DNA of 64,000 bases from Dimorphilus gyrociliatus (taxonomy: Eukaryota; Animalia; Annelida): NCBI GenBank assembly GCA_904063045.1, contig CAJFCJ010000018.1, positions 62,001 through 126,000 of the forward strand, written 5' to 3'. A program made the position numbers and the translations under genes. Of the stretch, positions 13,301-26,429 are shown in pieces. Each line of letters begins with the position of its first letter. The first letter of the stretch is position 1. Below the pieces are notes generated by a model. It was not told the DNA's origin, made no database searches, and saw only the letters and a program-made list of their open reading frames with translations.

Positions 13301-16300
13301 GAATAATATATGACTTGCTTTCACTAAAGAGTGATTTTTAAAGTAATAAGCTTTTATTAGCAGATTATAATTGCTTTGATTAAAATTTAAGCGACAAGAA
13401 AATAAATATATCCTCTATCTAATTTGACACTAGGTGTGGCTCTTTTTTCTTTTTTTGGCAATTTGTCAATCGACAATAAAGCATAATATTTACTTTGTAC
13501 CGATTCCAGTTCCGGTCAGTCAATAACACATTGACCAGCGTAGCTGGGAAAAGAAAGAAAAGGTCACGTGACAAAAGGAAAACAAGTAAAAACATTCCCT
13601 GCAGATAAGTACATAAACAGGGTAAAGAAAGGAAGGGAAAAGGGTAAGGTTAGTTGTTGAGGTGAAGAAAGATACGGTGATAAAACGTAACAAATTAGTT
13701 TAATAAAGTTAAGGACGATAGTAGATTTTTAAAACTGTCAATGAGACCACACAGAATAAAGCTCAAGTCAGTAGGCTGTCCGTATGACAACAAGTGCTGG
13801 ATAAATTCGCTTAAATTGTTCATTAGGTAGTGGCTGGGCGGCATAAGAAGTATTGGTAGTCGGAAAGGGAATTTCGATTACGATGACGCATGTAAAATAT
13901 TGATGAAATAAGAGTGTGTTTGCAGTATTGTGAACCGCCAAATCGTATTGATAAGTGTTGTGCAGCCTTACTTTATTATAAAGCGATTAAATATAAAAAT
14001 TCCGTAGACGATTTGTCTACATTTTTACTGACCAATAGAGATAAGATTATCTTACCATTTATCAGTTAACCGCTCTAGCTTACTTATTACTATAGATAGA
14101 TAGATAGGTAGTTAGATAGGTATTGCAGTTTGGTAGCCCACCCTCTAGCCATTCTGTACTACAAAAATAACTTTGGAAGCGTTAACAATTTAAACGAAAA
14201 TAAATTTGACTCCTCTTTTTCGTTCTACCTCACTTATTTATAGCGCATAGTCAAAAAATGATGTGTTCTGCCATACTGCTTATCTAGGCCAAATCTTTTG
14301 GACACGTGATTTATAACAAAATGCAAGTTTATCATTATGAATTCTAAGAGCCCCAATGTTAAAGAGCTATATTACTTAAATTCGGTAGCGATTCTGCAGA
14401 GGGCGTTACAAAACCCTAATATCTATTTATCTATATCCCAAGCGCGCTTTATTTGCTCTGGCTTTTCCGTCTGACCTTTTTACCTTTTCTCAACATCCGG
14501 ACTTTTTTTTATTATCGTAAAAATACCGCTCTTTTTTTGCTTCGAACCGCAGAATTTTTCGGCTTCCTGCATATTTGTATTCAAACCATAGAGCAGTTAG
14601 AAGTCAAATATTAAACAAAATATAATTCACAACAACGATAATTATTATCCTGATTGTATATAATAAAGCTGTTCTCTTCTTTATGTATTGGCGGCACGAT
14701 CGTATTTATTGACAAACAATATTTGTAATCAATCCAGCTCATTGAAGCCGGGAATAAGATTAGCAAGAAGTGAAATCAGGCTATCTGTGAATTTGCTATG
14801 AACTCTTGCTAAGGTTGTGGGACGTGTTATATTAAATTGACGCGTTTAAATGTTTTATGTGTATTGTACGCTGACATTTTCTTGCACTTGTTAATTGCCA
14901 TTCCGCTGTGACAAAAAGAAGAAACACACTTGTCTCATTCATGCATTGAAATACTTTTATATCATATACACTTATCTCTCAAGTGCACTCTACAACACAT
15001 TTGAACAACCAATGTAGATGTTAGACGCTCAATGTATGATAAATGATGTACACTCGTATGTTAATTATTATTCTATTTACTACTAGTATAAGACTTAGCG
15101 TACATTCCAAGAAATTATTCTAATTTAACAATGTAGAGTAAAACGAAGCTTTGAGGTGTAGAGAGACGCCTCTAGGGTTTTGAGTACAGTCCGAAATAAA
15201 TAAGAGGCTGCGTTTAAAATTTCACACTGATTGATCGCAGAAGTGCTAGAGCTCACTTGCAAAATCCATTGTACATACTGAGCAAGCATATGCGCTTAAA
15301 TCCATAGTATACTAAATATTTTATATTCAAATATATAAAATATATAAGTTTAGCTAAAAACTTTATGCATAAATCCCTCGACAGTAAGAAATAATCGAAA
15401 GTTCAAAGTTTATACTCAGTTAAGTATAAGTCTCGTCATCTGTCACAAAGTGATTTTTCAATTTATCTAGATTTAAAAAATCATTCGCTCCTATTCAACA
15501 ATATTTTCTAGTTATAGATGCGGTTCGCGGCTTCTGTATAGGGTGTTCACCTAAAGGTCGTCAACGATTGTGCATCTATCGAAATAATATATTAATTCTA
15601 AAATGATATTGAAAATATAGTCGATTGAAAACGTATCGAGCAATAAAGTCATAAACTGCAGAAGTATAAGGATAATCAATGTCAGAATTGCACTAATGCA
15701 ATTAACAACCATAATTGTTATAATGGTAAGATACCTATGTATCAGTCTCGTTAGTCAAATGGAAACGACCTACTGTAGAAATATTCAACAGCTTTTTTTC
15801 ATTATCTATATTTCGAACGAAAAGAAATTGGAAACTATAATTTGAAAAAATTAGAACTAGCAATATTTTACGTTGACAGAAGATAATAGATAATTTTCTA
15901 AAATTACATTTTTTGTCCGATGATAGAAATGTAAAACCGATTTTTTGCAAACAATTAATAACTGAAATACTATTGGGAATTATACACTTTAACCTTCAAA
16001 ATGTAGAACATGTGAAATAAATATTTATATAGAATTTTGTCGTACTTTCAATCAAAGGTAGTCATACCTTTGGAATGTTAAACATTTATTTATTTTATTG
16101 ACTCCCACGTTTTATTTGAGAGTTTAACTGTTCCTTTCGTAAATTATCTGTCAAAGAAATTTGTTTTCCTTTTATGCACCCTTCGTCGTGTACACGAAAA
16201 ATATTTTATGACAAACGATAATAGGAAAGCAGTCACGCTATTTGGCTATGAAGCGTAAGAGAAATTTAGTGCTTTAATACATTAGAGATGGGCTTAAGAT

Positions 16301-16423
16301 ACTTCGGTAAATCCTCTTAAATGTCATGTAACTTTTAGATAATAGATAAAAATAAATTAGAAAAGAAAAATAAACAGTACCTGAACTGAACTGCTTCTTA
16401 AATTTTTCGAGTTTTGATAGCAT
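7375..16423 (-). CDS. TANC: TANC / rolling pebbles-like scaffold (P-loop NTPase + ankyrin repeats + TPR)
   Basis: KLPFRPLAFEV precedes the P-loop. Walker A ASVGVGKT at 10916-10893, Walker B-like YYIIIIDSL, ankyrin-repeat ORFs at 9413-7890, TPR KGRIEEAEHRYNYALKK...LLNLSRCRRKM, stop TAG at 7377-7375. Pro-rich exon 12899-11943 splices in phase to exon 11453. The first exon 16423-16381 (MLSKLEKFKKQFSS, phase 1) is inferred and less certain. Confidence 0.9.
13563..13572. promoter_or_regulatory. Palindromic E-box (CLEAR/USF/MiT type) in TANC intron 1
   Basis: Exact GTCACGTGAC. Confidence 0.3.
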
Positions 16424-16854
16424 ATTTTTCGCTCAGGTTGATCGGATTCACTTTAAGAAACAATTAATCAGCTTTGAATATGAGAAAACATATTATCGCT
16501 CAGCCATCAAAAAGATTATAGTATGAAAAGACGCATTTTCCATTTATATGATATTATCAATTGATTCTGTAATATATTTTCACTAACATAATCCGTTGAA
16601 AATTAACAGAATTGGTGTAATTCCCGGCTAATTTGCAAGGAAAAAACAGAGAAGATGTTCGTTAGATTGCTACTTCTATAATGGACAGTGTAATTCGTTG
16701 TCGACGAATATTCAAACCGCAGGGCCATCTGGAGGGTTATAGTTTGGCGCCTAATTTTGAATGTTTAGTTTCCAGAGCTCAAATAAGAGTATATTTTGAT
16801 TTCATAAGTAGTGCACTAAAATATCCAAAACAGTATGTATGACAAATTTTAATA

Positions 16855-18272
16855 TTAGGCAATTAATATATGATTCTTGGTTATTTCGCAACCATACAGA
16901 GGGCTATAATGAGAAAAAAAACAATTAATAAGGGATAAGTAGTAAATGATTAGTACCATAATGTTTCAAATAGAGAGTAGGCCCAACGGCGAACTGAAAC
17001 AAAAAAATAGCTATTAGTGTATACAAAATTATAGACATTAATGCTTTGTTATTAAACCTGATCCGAGTGCACAGTGAATTGTATCTATTTCACAATGATA
17101 GTAACAATAAGTATCCGGCTTGTATTCGTATTTACTATCAGACAATTTAAAAATACAATCCTGAACTGAAGGTTTTAAATGAGGTTCAGCAAAGGTTATT
17201 AGAAATTGAAAGAGTCGAGCCAATTCTTTTAGGTTACCCAGCTGAAATAAATACAATTGATTTTTGAGATTTAGACAATAACAATAATATCAAGTTAAAG
17301 ACTACGTTTTCCTGATTCACTTGCTGAAAAATCCAATTGAGCGAATTTTGAACGCTTCTGAAATCCCAAAATTCGTTTGAAGCCAGAGTAAATATCATAT
17401 CTTTAGATTGGACCATGTTCATAATTTTCTCAGTAATTTTTTCGTAATTGCTGGTTCCAAATTTACATGGGAGAATCGGTATTTTGTGAATTTCACTATG
17501 TGCCAGTGCTGAAACAATGTATGTGCCAACGTATCCTTATGATAAAAAGTTACACTATACCATATGAACTAATTCCATAAGGTATATCCTCCAATTTGAC
17601 GAATTGATGATATTGATTAGTAATTCCGTCTTTCAAAGTAAATTCTAGTAAGCCAATTTCCAGAGGTATATGTCCTGTTTGATGTGATTCGTGGGCTTCC
17701 TCCATGTGACAGAGAATTTGGAAATTAATTAAATAGAATTTTGTCATCATAACATCAGTTTTAGAGGTGAATTTATCTCCCATATCTGTTATATCTTGCA
17801 CGAAAGTTTCTTGGATTACTTCAAATGGGTCTCTCCTCTTTTGAAATTCTGCCTCTCGTTTGTTTCGTTGACGCTGTTGCAGAATTCTACGTGACTCCTT
17901 CGCCCGTTCTTCATACTTTTCTTTTTCTTCTTCTGATAGCTTCTTAAATTCAGATAGCAGGATTTGTATAACTTCCTCTTCGGACATTCCTCCGTCCTTA
18001 AGGCTTTGTCTTTTATCTTTTAAAAATTCTCCAAAACTGGTAACAGATCTTTTCTTTCTGTAAAAAATTAGAAGTAAGCTATTATTCCCAACCGAATGAT
18101 GAAAAAACATTCTAAAACAATTTGCAAGAGCCGCCATGTTTTTGCTATATTTTAAAAATTGGTTTATACACTAAAAATTAATGTTATACTGCATTTATGA
18201 ATTTATATGCTATTCCCATGGACAAATTATATAATATTTAATATAGAATTAAAGTTACTTTGAGTTTGGCAT
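16855..18272 (-). CDS. MAEL: Maelstrom (HMG box + MAEL domain), piRNA pathway, about 327 aa
   Basis: Phase-consistent exons 18272-18259 (MPNSK), 18057-17561 (HMG box ...EFKKLSEEEKEKYEERAK; HIPLEIGLLEFTLKDGITNQYHQFV), 17508-17306 (HSEIHKIPI), 17241-17058 (YCYYHCEIDTIHCALG), 16993-16957 (VRRWAYSL), 16903-16855 (CPLYGCEITKNH..stop). The E-C-H-C zinc residues typical of MAEL are present. Confidence 0.9.
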
Positions 18273-18324
18273 ATTTGTTTGGGTTTAACAGTATCAACCA
18301 CGTTTTTACTAGTTTCAAAACTGT

Positions 18325-18340
18325 TCAGTGGCGCCACTGA
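18325..18340. promoter_or_regulatory. Perfect 16-bp palindrome in the MAEL/TBCK bidirectional promoter
   Basis: TCAGTGGCGCCACTGA is its own reverse complement. It is GC-rich in an AT-rich background, and an ETS-like ACTTCCTG lies at 18351-18358. Confidence 0.55.
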
Positions 18341-18613
18341 CAAAATTCCAACTTCCTGTAAGATATATTTATTCCTGATTCGTTCAATTTCAACTTTTTT
18401 CTATCTCATCCTCTAGATAGACTTATCAACTTATATTACAATTCTATTTAATTATAAAACATTAGTTGCTTAATCTAAGAGCACTTCAAAGTATATTTTA
18501 TTGCTTACTTAGAAAAATCAATGTTTTTTATCTCAATCAACTTAATATCGCTCTCAGAAATAAATCTTTAACTTGAATGAAAACACAGCTGAGCGCTCTT
18601 CTCCAAATATAAG

Positions 18614-21600
18614 ATGAAATGTCCAAAACTAGGTAAAGCTCTTCTTGGGGCTCAAACCTTTTGTGGTATTAATTATTCGAATGATGAATGTGGAGCAAAT
18701 GGACTACCATTAACGCCCACTTCAATAAAAATTTTAGGAAGGTTCAAACATCAATTACTTAAGTTACGACATCCAAACTTATGCAAGTATATTTCTCTTC
18801 ATCGAAGTAAACATGGTCAGTAGTTAAAGATTTATTAAGAATACTGTAAATCAAAAAAATTTGCAGAAAGAGTGGTAGTTGTAGCAGAATATTATGAGAA
18901 AAATCTATTGGAGATAATCAACAACCAAAGTGAATATTTTAGAGAGTGAGCATGTTAAATTTTATCAAACATATAACTATATGTTGAAAACTTTTTCTTG
19001 ATTTTCAGTTTTGAACTTTTGAGCTGTCTTGCTAATGAAATAGTTGGTTCTCTGGTTTATTTAGATAAACACGATATTGTAAACAGAAATTTGTCGCCAA
19101 GCGTTATTTTATTTGATGAAAACGTATTAAGCTAGTGATCATTTTAATTTATTATCTAAAAATGATTTTTTTTCAGAATAGGGTAAAGCTTTTTGAATAT
19201 GGGCTTTTTTATGTTACTGGTTGGGGTCAAGACGTTAAATTTCCTATAGGGTTTAGTATTCTGTCTGAAATATATTGATATTTGAAATAACTATATTTTG
19301 TTATCAATTCAAATAGACAGTTGAAATATATGTCACCAGAAGTAATTGCAGCTGGTCCAAAAGCCAAGTTTGGTATATGTAATTTCTCTTCGAAAGTGGA
19401 TGTTTGGTCTGTCGGTCTCATTCTATTGGAAGCTTATATAGTACGTAATATAAGTACTTTTTTCATTGTTTGTAATTAGTATGTTAATTTGTTTTAGGGT
19501 ACAATATTATGGAAAGAGCTTACGACTGCAAAAACTATTAAGAAAATTTTATCTTATTTGAAATTTGGTATTTAATAAAAATTTTTAGTAGAAATTCTTA
19601 GAATATTATTGTAAATACTATTTCAGATGGAAGTGCCTTCGACATTATCATCAAAGAAGATCTTAATGAAAATCAACAGAAGCAGATTAAAGTAAACTGA
19701 AAACTAATTAAGTATATACAGCATATTAATATAATGAGAATTTTTACCAGCTCTTACCTTCCGAAATATATACGCTTATACGTCAATGCCTGCTAATATC
19801 AGCAGCTGACAGACCGAAAATTCAGGCGTTATACAACTTTAGACTATTTAAAAACTTTTCTAAGGATGTTGTGAGTTTACCATATAATAATTAAGGAAAA
19901 TGTATATATTTTTCATTTTAAGGAAAAATTCGATGTTCGTGATGACATGTTCGCTTCGACTTCACGCATGAAGAACTTTGACTTTAAATGCAACGCTGGA
20001 AATGAATGTATGTCGGGTAATTATTGTTTATGCTTTTTGTTATATTCCAAACAAATACAAATTTTTTATATTTATTAAATCATAGATTTTCTGCTGGAAG
20101 AAAGAACTTTAGATGAGATTTATTATCTGTGGTGTATAGCAGGTGGAGACGCTATTAATTCTTTCAAAAAAGCCTTCTTAGTTAGGCCAGAACCACCAGT
20201 GACAACTCTGCCTAAGTAACTTATTTTTACATAATTTTGTTATCTGTTAATTCGATTTGTATTATCAGATTCATTTCATTAGAAGGTGAAAGTGCTGGGC
20301 AAATGAGAGACAAATCAAATTTATATGACGGATCAGTTCTAATATTATCTCAGGATCAGCTACGAAAGGTTTCCTTTCAGTTTGATAAATTATATTTTTA
20401 TTTTCTTTGAAATCTCATATTAAAATATTTTTTAGAGATTGTCAAATCTAACAGAAGAAGATTTTTTCCCACTTTTGAATTCTGAGTAAGACGTTAAAAC
20501 ATTTAAATGAAATTGAATTATAAATTATTTAATATAGACTAGAAAAAACTGGAGTTTCAACAAATCGTTCAAGAAATTCAAACGAGTTCAATCAGTCTGA
20601 GTCTTTACCTAGAATAATAAGAGAGGCAGATGTTGAATATCAAGTTTGTTTTTAGATGCAAAAATAATAACAATTCATAGTGTTCTAATATTCCTTCATT
20701 ATTATAGTTTCGAAGAATTATACTTTTTGACCGGCTTCTTTTGGCTTATCCTTCAAAGCAGAGGGATTTACAGAAAGAAGCTAGAATTGATATACCGCCA
20801 TTTCTAAGAGCAAAAATTTGGTCTGCATTACTTAACGTGAAAGTAGGAATTATTCGCATTCAATTCGCCATCATAAGACTTTTTCCATTTAGGGTGATAT
20901 TCAAGGTCACTTTGACTCAATTGACAAAGAAACTACTATTGCAATCGACCGACAAGTAAGATACCATGATCTTTTTAGAGATTCTAAAGGACATTTATCG
21001 ACAGATTGAAGTTGATATACCTCGTTGTCATCAATATCATGAGCTGTTATCATCACCCAGCGGTCATCAAAAGTTACGCAGAGTTCTTAAGGCCTGGGTT
21101 GTAAATCACCCTGAATATGTTTATTGGCAAGGATTAGATTCTTTGGCTGCCCCATTTGTAGCTCTAAATTTCGATGATGAAGGTTTGTTTATTATTGCTG
21201 CAATTAATATAAAAGATCTCAGCTAGCTGGAGATAAAAGTATCTTCTATTCTTTAGCTCTGGCTTTTTGCTGTTTAGAAAATTTCATACCAAAATATCTG
21301 CATAACTTTTTTCTTAAAGATAATTCTGAAGTTATTCAAGGTACGTGAGAATTTTTTCGTTTAAATATGAATAATTCTTGTATTTATAAATACTTTAACT
21401 TATAGAGTATTTGGCAGTATTTTCGCATCTAATATCATTTCACTTTCCTGAACTAAGCAATCACTTAAATGAGATTGGCTTTGTCCCTGATGTAAGTTCT
21501 TTTAATTAAATCAAGTAATAGAAAATAAATAATTACAAGAACTTCTTTGCTAAATAGCTGTATGCTATACCGTGGTTTTTAACAATGTTTGCGCGTAAGT

Positions 21601-23215
21601 TGAATTTCATACTGATGGTGCCACTAAATTTAAGTTTCTTCTAACGATAATATTTTCATACAGACGTGCTACCATTAACTTCATTATGGCATATTTGGGA
21701 TACTCTTCTGCTTGGTAATTCCAGCTTTCCGTTGTGTCTTGGAGTAGCTATCTTAGAACAATTATCCCCAAGATTACTTCAGTGTGAATTTAACGAATGC
21801 ATTCTATTATTTTCTGATTTACCAGGTTTGTTAATTTTATTTCATCAGATATCATCGTCATCAGCACATTTTATAATTATCATCTCTTAATAAATACTGA
21901 ATTCGAAAGATTGCATAAACTTAAAAGGAAATAATTTTGTAAATTACTAAAAAGAGATTAAACATAACTTTACTCTGATAAATAACACTGGAAAAGTTTA
22001 AAAGATAGATCAGTGCCTATGTTAGTTAATATTATTTCTGTTTAATTTCAACTACTTAGAGAGCATTCCATAAAAGTTCCGAAAGAGATTTCTTTGATTT
22101 TTATAAGTAAAGTACTCGGATGTATATTATATATTGAATAGCTTTGATGATGATAACCAGACTTTAGCTTAAGGGCTGGCTTGTTGGTGAAATTGTTATT
22201 AGTTTACCTAATTTATTGTATTGATGCTTCAGAGAATAGCGAGCACCATGAAAGTGTTAATATAGTTATGTGAAATATTGATCATCATGTTCCATTCGCT
22301 ATATTTAAAAGCGCCTTAAGGGCAGATTTTAATTAATTTTTTATATTGATAACATTCCTAGATACTTTTAGTATTTCAAATCCAATCAGAACGCATTATA
22401 ATAATATAATATGTCTTAGTAATTTAATACGACTTTTAGCTTAAAGGAAAGACAACTTGTGTCTGTATAAAAATCCTCATATAATTGTTATACTGTATAT
22501 TAGGCCTTCGCTTTTTGTGAACTGGCTAGTAAATGCAAACACAATTTATTTGATCTTACAGAACTCGACATCGAAAGAGTTGTCAACAACGCCATAAAAA
22601 TTTTCCGGTCAACTCCAAAAACAGCTACATATCGACGTCATGCGCACGTCAAAACAGATGAAAAAATGAAAGATACCTACTACAGTGAAGAGTATTCTTT
22701 GAAAAAAGAGTGCCTAATTGCGAATGACCCAATATCCCTCTCTGAACTAAAGAGAGAGAAACTGCCTAGAATATGCTCGCAGGACTTGCTAGAGTTATTA
22801 GAATTTCGCAAGTCTTCTCCTTCTTCTTCTCCAACAAAAGTTAATGGATCTGACACTTCGAAGCCCAAAATGCTGATTATGGATATAAGGAATCCAGAGG
22901 AGTAAATAATTTCAAATTAATAATTCACTTTTAGTTGGTTATCTCTTTGAATATTCTAGATACGCTAAGGGAACTATACAAGGATCCATAAATATCCCAT
23001 TTCAAAATAGACCTAATGAACTTAAACCTGAATCTATCACTAACATTCGTCAGTCTAAGTTGATCAAAGTAGTGTGTGGTTCGTACGACGTCAACGCTGT
23101 TTCCTTTGCTGAGAAGCTATTAGAATATGGATGTTCAGGAGTTTGCGTTTTACATAGAGGATTTGAAGGTGTTAAGGGTACTGGCATATTAAGCGTTCCA
23201 ACTCCTCAGTTGTAA
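18614..23215 (+). CDS. TBCK: TBC1 domain-containing (pseudo)kinase with rhodanese domain
   Basis: N-term [18 protein letters not shown]...HPNLCKY. TBC domain [19 protein letters not shown]|[58 protein letters not shown]. Rhodanese IMDIRNPEE...[13 protein letters not shown]. Stop at 23213-23215. Many short GT-AG introns. Confidence 0.96.
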
Positions 23216-24346
23216 ATATTTATGCTATAGTTAGACTTTTAACATGCATAATAGTTTCAGTGTTCTTAAAATATAAAATTTCGATTTGTGTATAGTTTTG
23301 TTTTTATGAAAAATCTGATATGAAACAATTTCCATTTATATAAAATATGTTAAAAAACCTTCGAAAGGGAAAATATAATAAGAACAAATTTCTAAGTTGA
23401 TTGTTAGCATAATTTAACAGTATCGAACAGAACAGCTGATACAGAATATTTCATTAAAATATATCATTAGGCGTGCCAACATCCATGAAATTTATTCAAA
23501 TTTAGATGTCAATAGAGTATATCCAGACTTTTTGGATCACAAAAGTATATAATAAATCTTTTGCACACGTTAATACAGTTTTAAATAAAATGACTAAATA
23601 AATGAAAAACTTGTACAGACGCTAAAATTTTAGTAAAAGGTTGTAAAGGATAGACTATAAAATTGATAAAAGTTTTGCTACAATCTGCTTATTCGATATC
23701 ATCTTTATAATTACCATGTTATAGTGGAAAGTGGAGAGAAAGAGAAGCTCGAAGCTCCATAGCAACAATGCCATGAAAAAAGAAAATTATAATTATAAAA
23801 AAAGTTTAATTAGGTTTATCAGGAATACTTATAATTGGGAAGTACAGTAAGACAGGCTTTCTTAAAACTGTTATCTTTGAAGGATGAAGGGGAATTGACC
23901 TAAATCCTATTAGGAGTTTTATTACATCTATCCCAAAATAGGCGTATTGTTTATATTGTCAAAAAAGAAAAATATTTAGCAAACACTCTTTTGAAGACAA
24001 TATCATATTGTATACACTATTATACTAATATATGAATAAACGTTTGCAGCATTTTATCTTTACTTTCCTAATTTGTGCAATATTACTTATTCATGATAAA
24101 AAATGTTCTTAAGTATATCCCTTTAGGAACTCAGATTGAAACCCAGTTGACAAAGTCAAAAAATAAATCTGATTTTATGAATGTTGTTTTGAACCGGTCA
24201 TGATTATAGTAACCGGTTTTACGTCAAAGATGGAGGCAACTATTTGAGTACATGCTGAATATTGCTTCATCGTTCTTTGCATAAGTCAGGTTAATTTAGT
24301 TTTAGTTTATTTAAATCAACATATTATATTAATTAATCGCCTAAAC

Positions 24347-25945
24347 ATGGAGAACAATCAAGAGACTCGTCAAGGCAACACTAAGCTAAAAGCTGGAAAT
24401 AATTTGTGCAGAAAGTGTAGAATTATTTTAGATAAAGTACACATATCATGCGTAGACTGTGAAAGAGATATCAAACTCTGTCTGAAGTGCTTCTCCAGTG
24501 GAAAGGAAATTCCAGAACATAGAAGGACTCATGCTTACAAGATTGAAATACCAAAAACCACTGGTCCAGGTCAGTGGTCCATAGAAGAACAGGAAGATCT
24601 ATTAACAGCAATGGAAAATTTTAATTTTGAAAATTGGGAGGAGATCGCTAAGGTTATGAAGAATAGGACAAAAGAAGAATGCAAAGAATTTTACATGGGA
24701 AACTTTATTAAATATCCGAAAGACAGAGAGCTTCAGAGCCTTGTCTCAAATTATGCTGAACCTCCAAGGACAACTATTTTAAGTTCTACAGAAGACAATT
24801 TATTTCTGGAAGAAATACGCCCGAAAGTCGATAGCTGTTTACATAATTATTTGGCCAAGTATAATCCTCATAGAAGTGAATTCGAGTGCGAATATAAAAA
24901 CAACTCCGAGAAAATTCTCATAAATCTAAAAACAGATGATAATTGTGAAGATTGGGAAACCGAAGTGAAAGTAATTCTGAAGTCTTAACTCATTATTTTA
25001 TTTTAATTATATCAATTTAAACACTTCATACTCTATAGTATGAATTGTTTAATCCATAATAAGGAGACTTCGTTTTACTTTTAAGATTGCACTAATAGAT
25101 ATCTATAGGGACGCTTTAAGGAAAAGAAGACAGCGCCATCGATGTGTTAAAAGATATGGACTGTTAAGGAACAAAGAAATAGATGATGCTGTTTCGGAAG
25201 AATTATCTAGTACAGGATTCAAATATTATCAAAAATTAAAGGTTCTGGCTCAATTTATGAATCAGGAAGACTTTGATAAATATTTCTCGCAATTGGATAT
25301 TTGCTTTCGCTTAAAAGACGATGTTAAAAAATTACAAAATCTTAGGCAATTAGGAATAAAAACTCTAGAAGGAGGACTTATGCATGTTGATTTGTATAGG
25401 CAGCGAAGAACTGAAGAGAAAAGAGTTGATGTCAGCAAAAGTCGTAGGACATATTTGCAACTATCAAACTGTCGTAGTAAGAGGATTGTTAGTCCAATGA
25501 AAGCGAGGTCATTTACAAGATTTGAAGTAGTCGATATGTTTTTTGGAAGCCAACACAAACCAGAGAATCTTACTTTGGAAGAAATTGTACGGGATGTTAG
25601 TCAGATTTTAGACATAAAGGTAAGCTTTTTCAAACATTATGAATCATACCACAAATAAAGACTTGAATCATTTTCTTTATGTAGGATATGCCTAGATACG
25701 AAGAACTAAACTCGAACGAAAAATATCTGGCTTCTTTATTACGCTTTTCTCCCGAAAAATATTTGTCAATGAAGAAGAAATTAGTGTCCTTAAGTGATAA
25801 ATATGGTGGAATCAGATTATCTCATGCACGTAGTGCCTGTAAAGTCAACGTTAATAGTGTTAAACCTGTATATTTCTATTTGCTTCATACTGGTATTATA
25901 AAACAGTTGCCTAACGATGTGCAAATCGATCTACCCTTTAAGTAA
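24347..25945 (+). CDS. TADA2A: Transcriptional adaptor ADA2 (TADA2A-like): ZZ finger, SANT, SWIRM
   Basis: Exons 24347-24970, 25086-25619, 25685-25945 (all phase 0). ZZ finger CRKC..CVDC..CLKC..HRRTH, SANT WSIEEQEDLL..NWEEIA, YNPHRSEFECEY, IALIDIYRDALRKRRQR, and C-terminal SWIRM LNSNEKYLASLLRFSPEKYL..GGIRLSHARSACKVNVN, which resembles ADA2a. Confidence 0.88.
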
Positions 25946-26429
25946 CATGAAAAGAAGAGAGAATGGGATTCACTTCAAAAACTGCAAGTATCTCGTTAAA
26001 GCTGCAAAATAAAAGATAATCTATTCAGCTTAAATTTTTCAATAGTGTTTATTCTATTGAATTTACATCTTTTCCAATGTCGCTAGTTCTATAGCTTGAT
26101 ATTGGCAAATCGTAAAATAAAATGCTATACTCTTAAAAAATCTATGTTTTCAATATCTATTTTTATGTTAAATATTTCAAATAGCTTAAAAGAAACAAAA
26201 ATATAAAACAAAAACATTCCTGCAAAATCCAAAGTTATACTATGATTCTTAATACTATTAAAATTGACTGAAACAGAAAAACTATTAAAAATAAAACTGA
26301 TCAGTGTCGAATCACGGTATTAATATATAACAAAAGTTGAATTTTTATGAAAGAAACGGGTGCATAATAAAAATAAAACAAAACGCCAAAAATACAATCT
26401 TAAACCAAAAATTTGAAATACAATTGAGT

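Noticed and set aside
1086-14120. Short (TA)n and (TAGA)n tracts (about 1086, 5829, 14093; also 31576, 36610, 60098)
   Set aside because: Short microsatellites expected in AT-rich non-coding DNA.
17531-17538. GTATCCTT / ATATCCTT strings suggesting U12 introns (also about 34433, 41940, 45815)
   Set aside because: They are on the wrong strand or inside coding exons. All reconstructed introns fit U2-type GT-AG.
17536-17560. Apparent 25-nt intron in MAEL
   Set aside because: A downstream acceptor (ttgtttcag at 17509) gives a normal 52-nt intron and better family spacing.
18058-18137. ORF-track start MAALANCFRMFF for Maelstrom
   Set aside because: It lies in a predicted intron (18258-18058). 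The upstream 14-nt exon gives a more MAEL-like N-terminus and a strong tttacag acceptor.
21828-22561. Possible snoRNA in the unusually long TBCK intron (TGATGA at about 22145)
   Set aside because: No properly spaced CTGA D box or terminal stem was found, and no convincing H/ACA hairpins.
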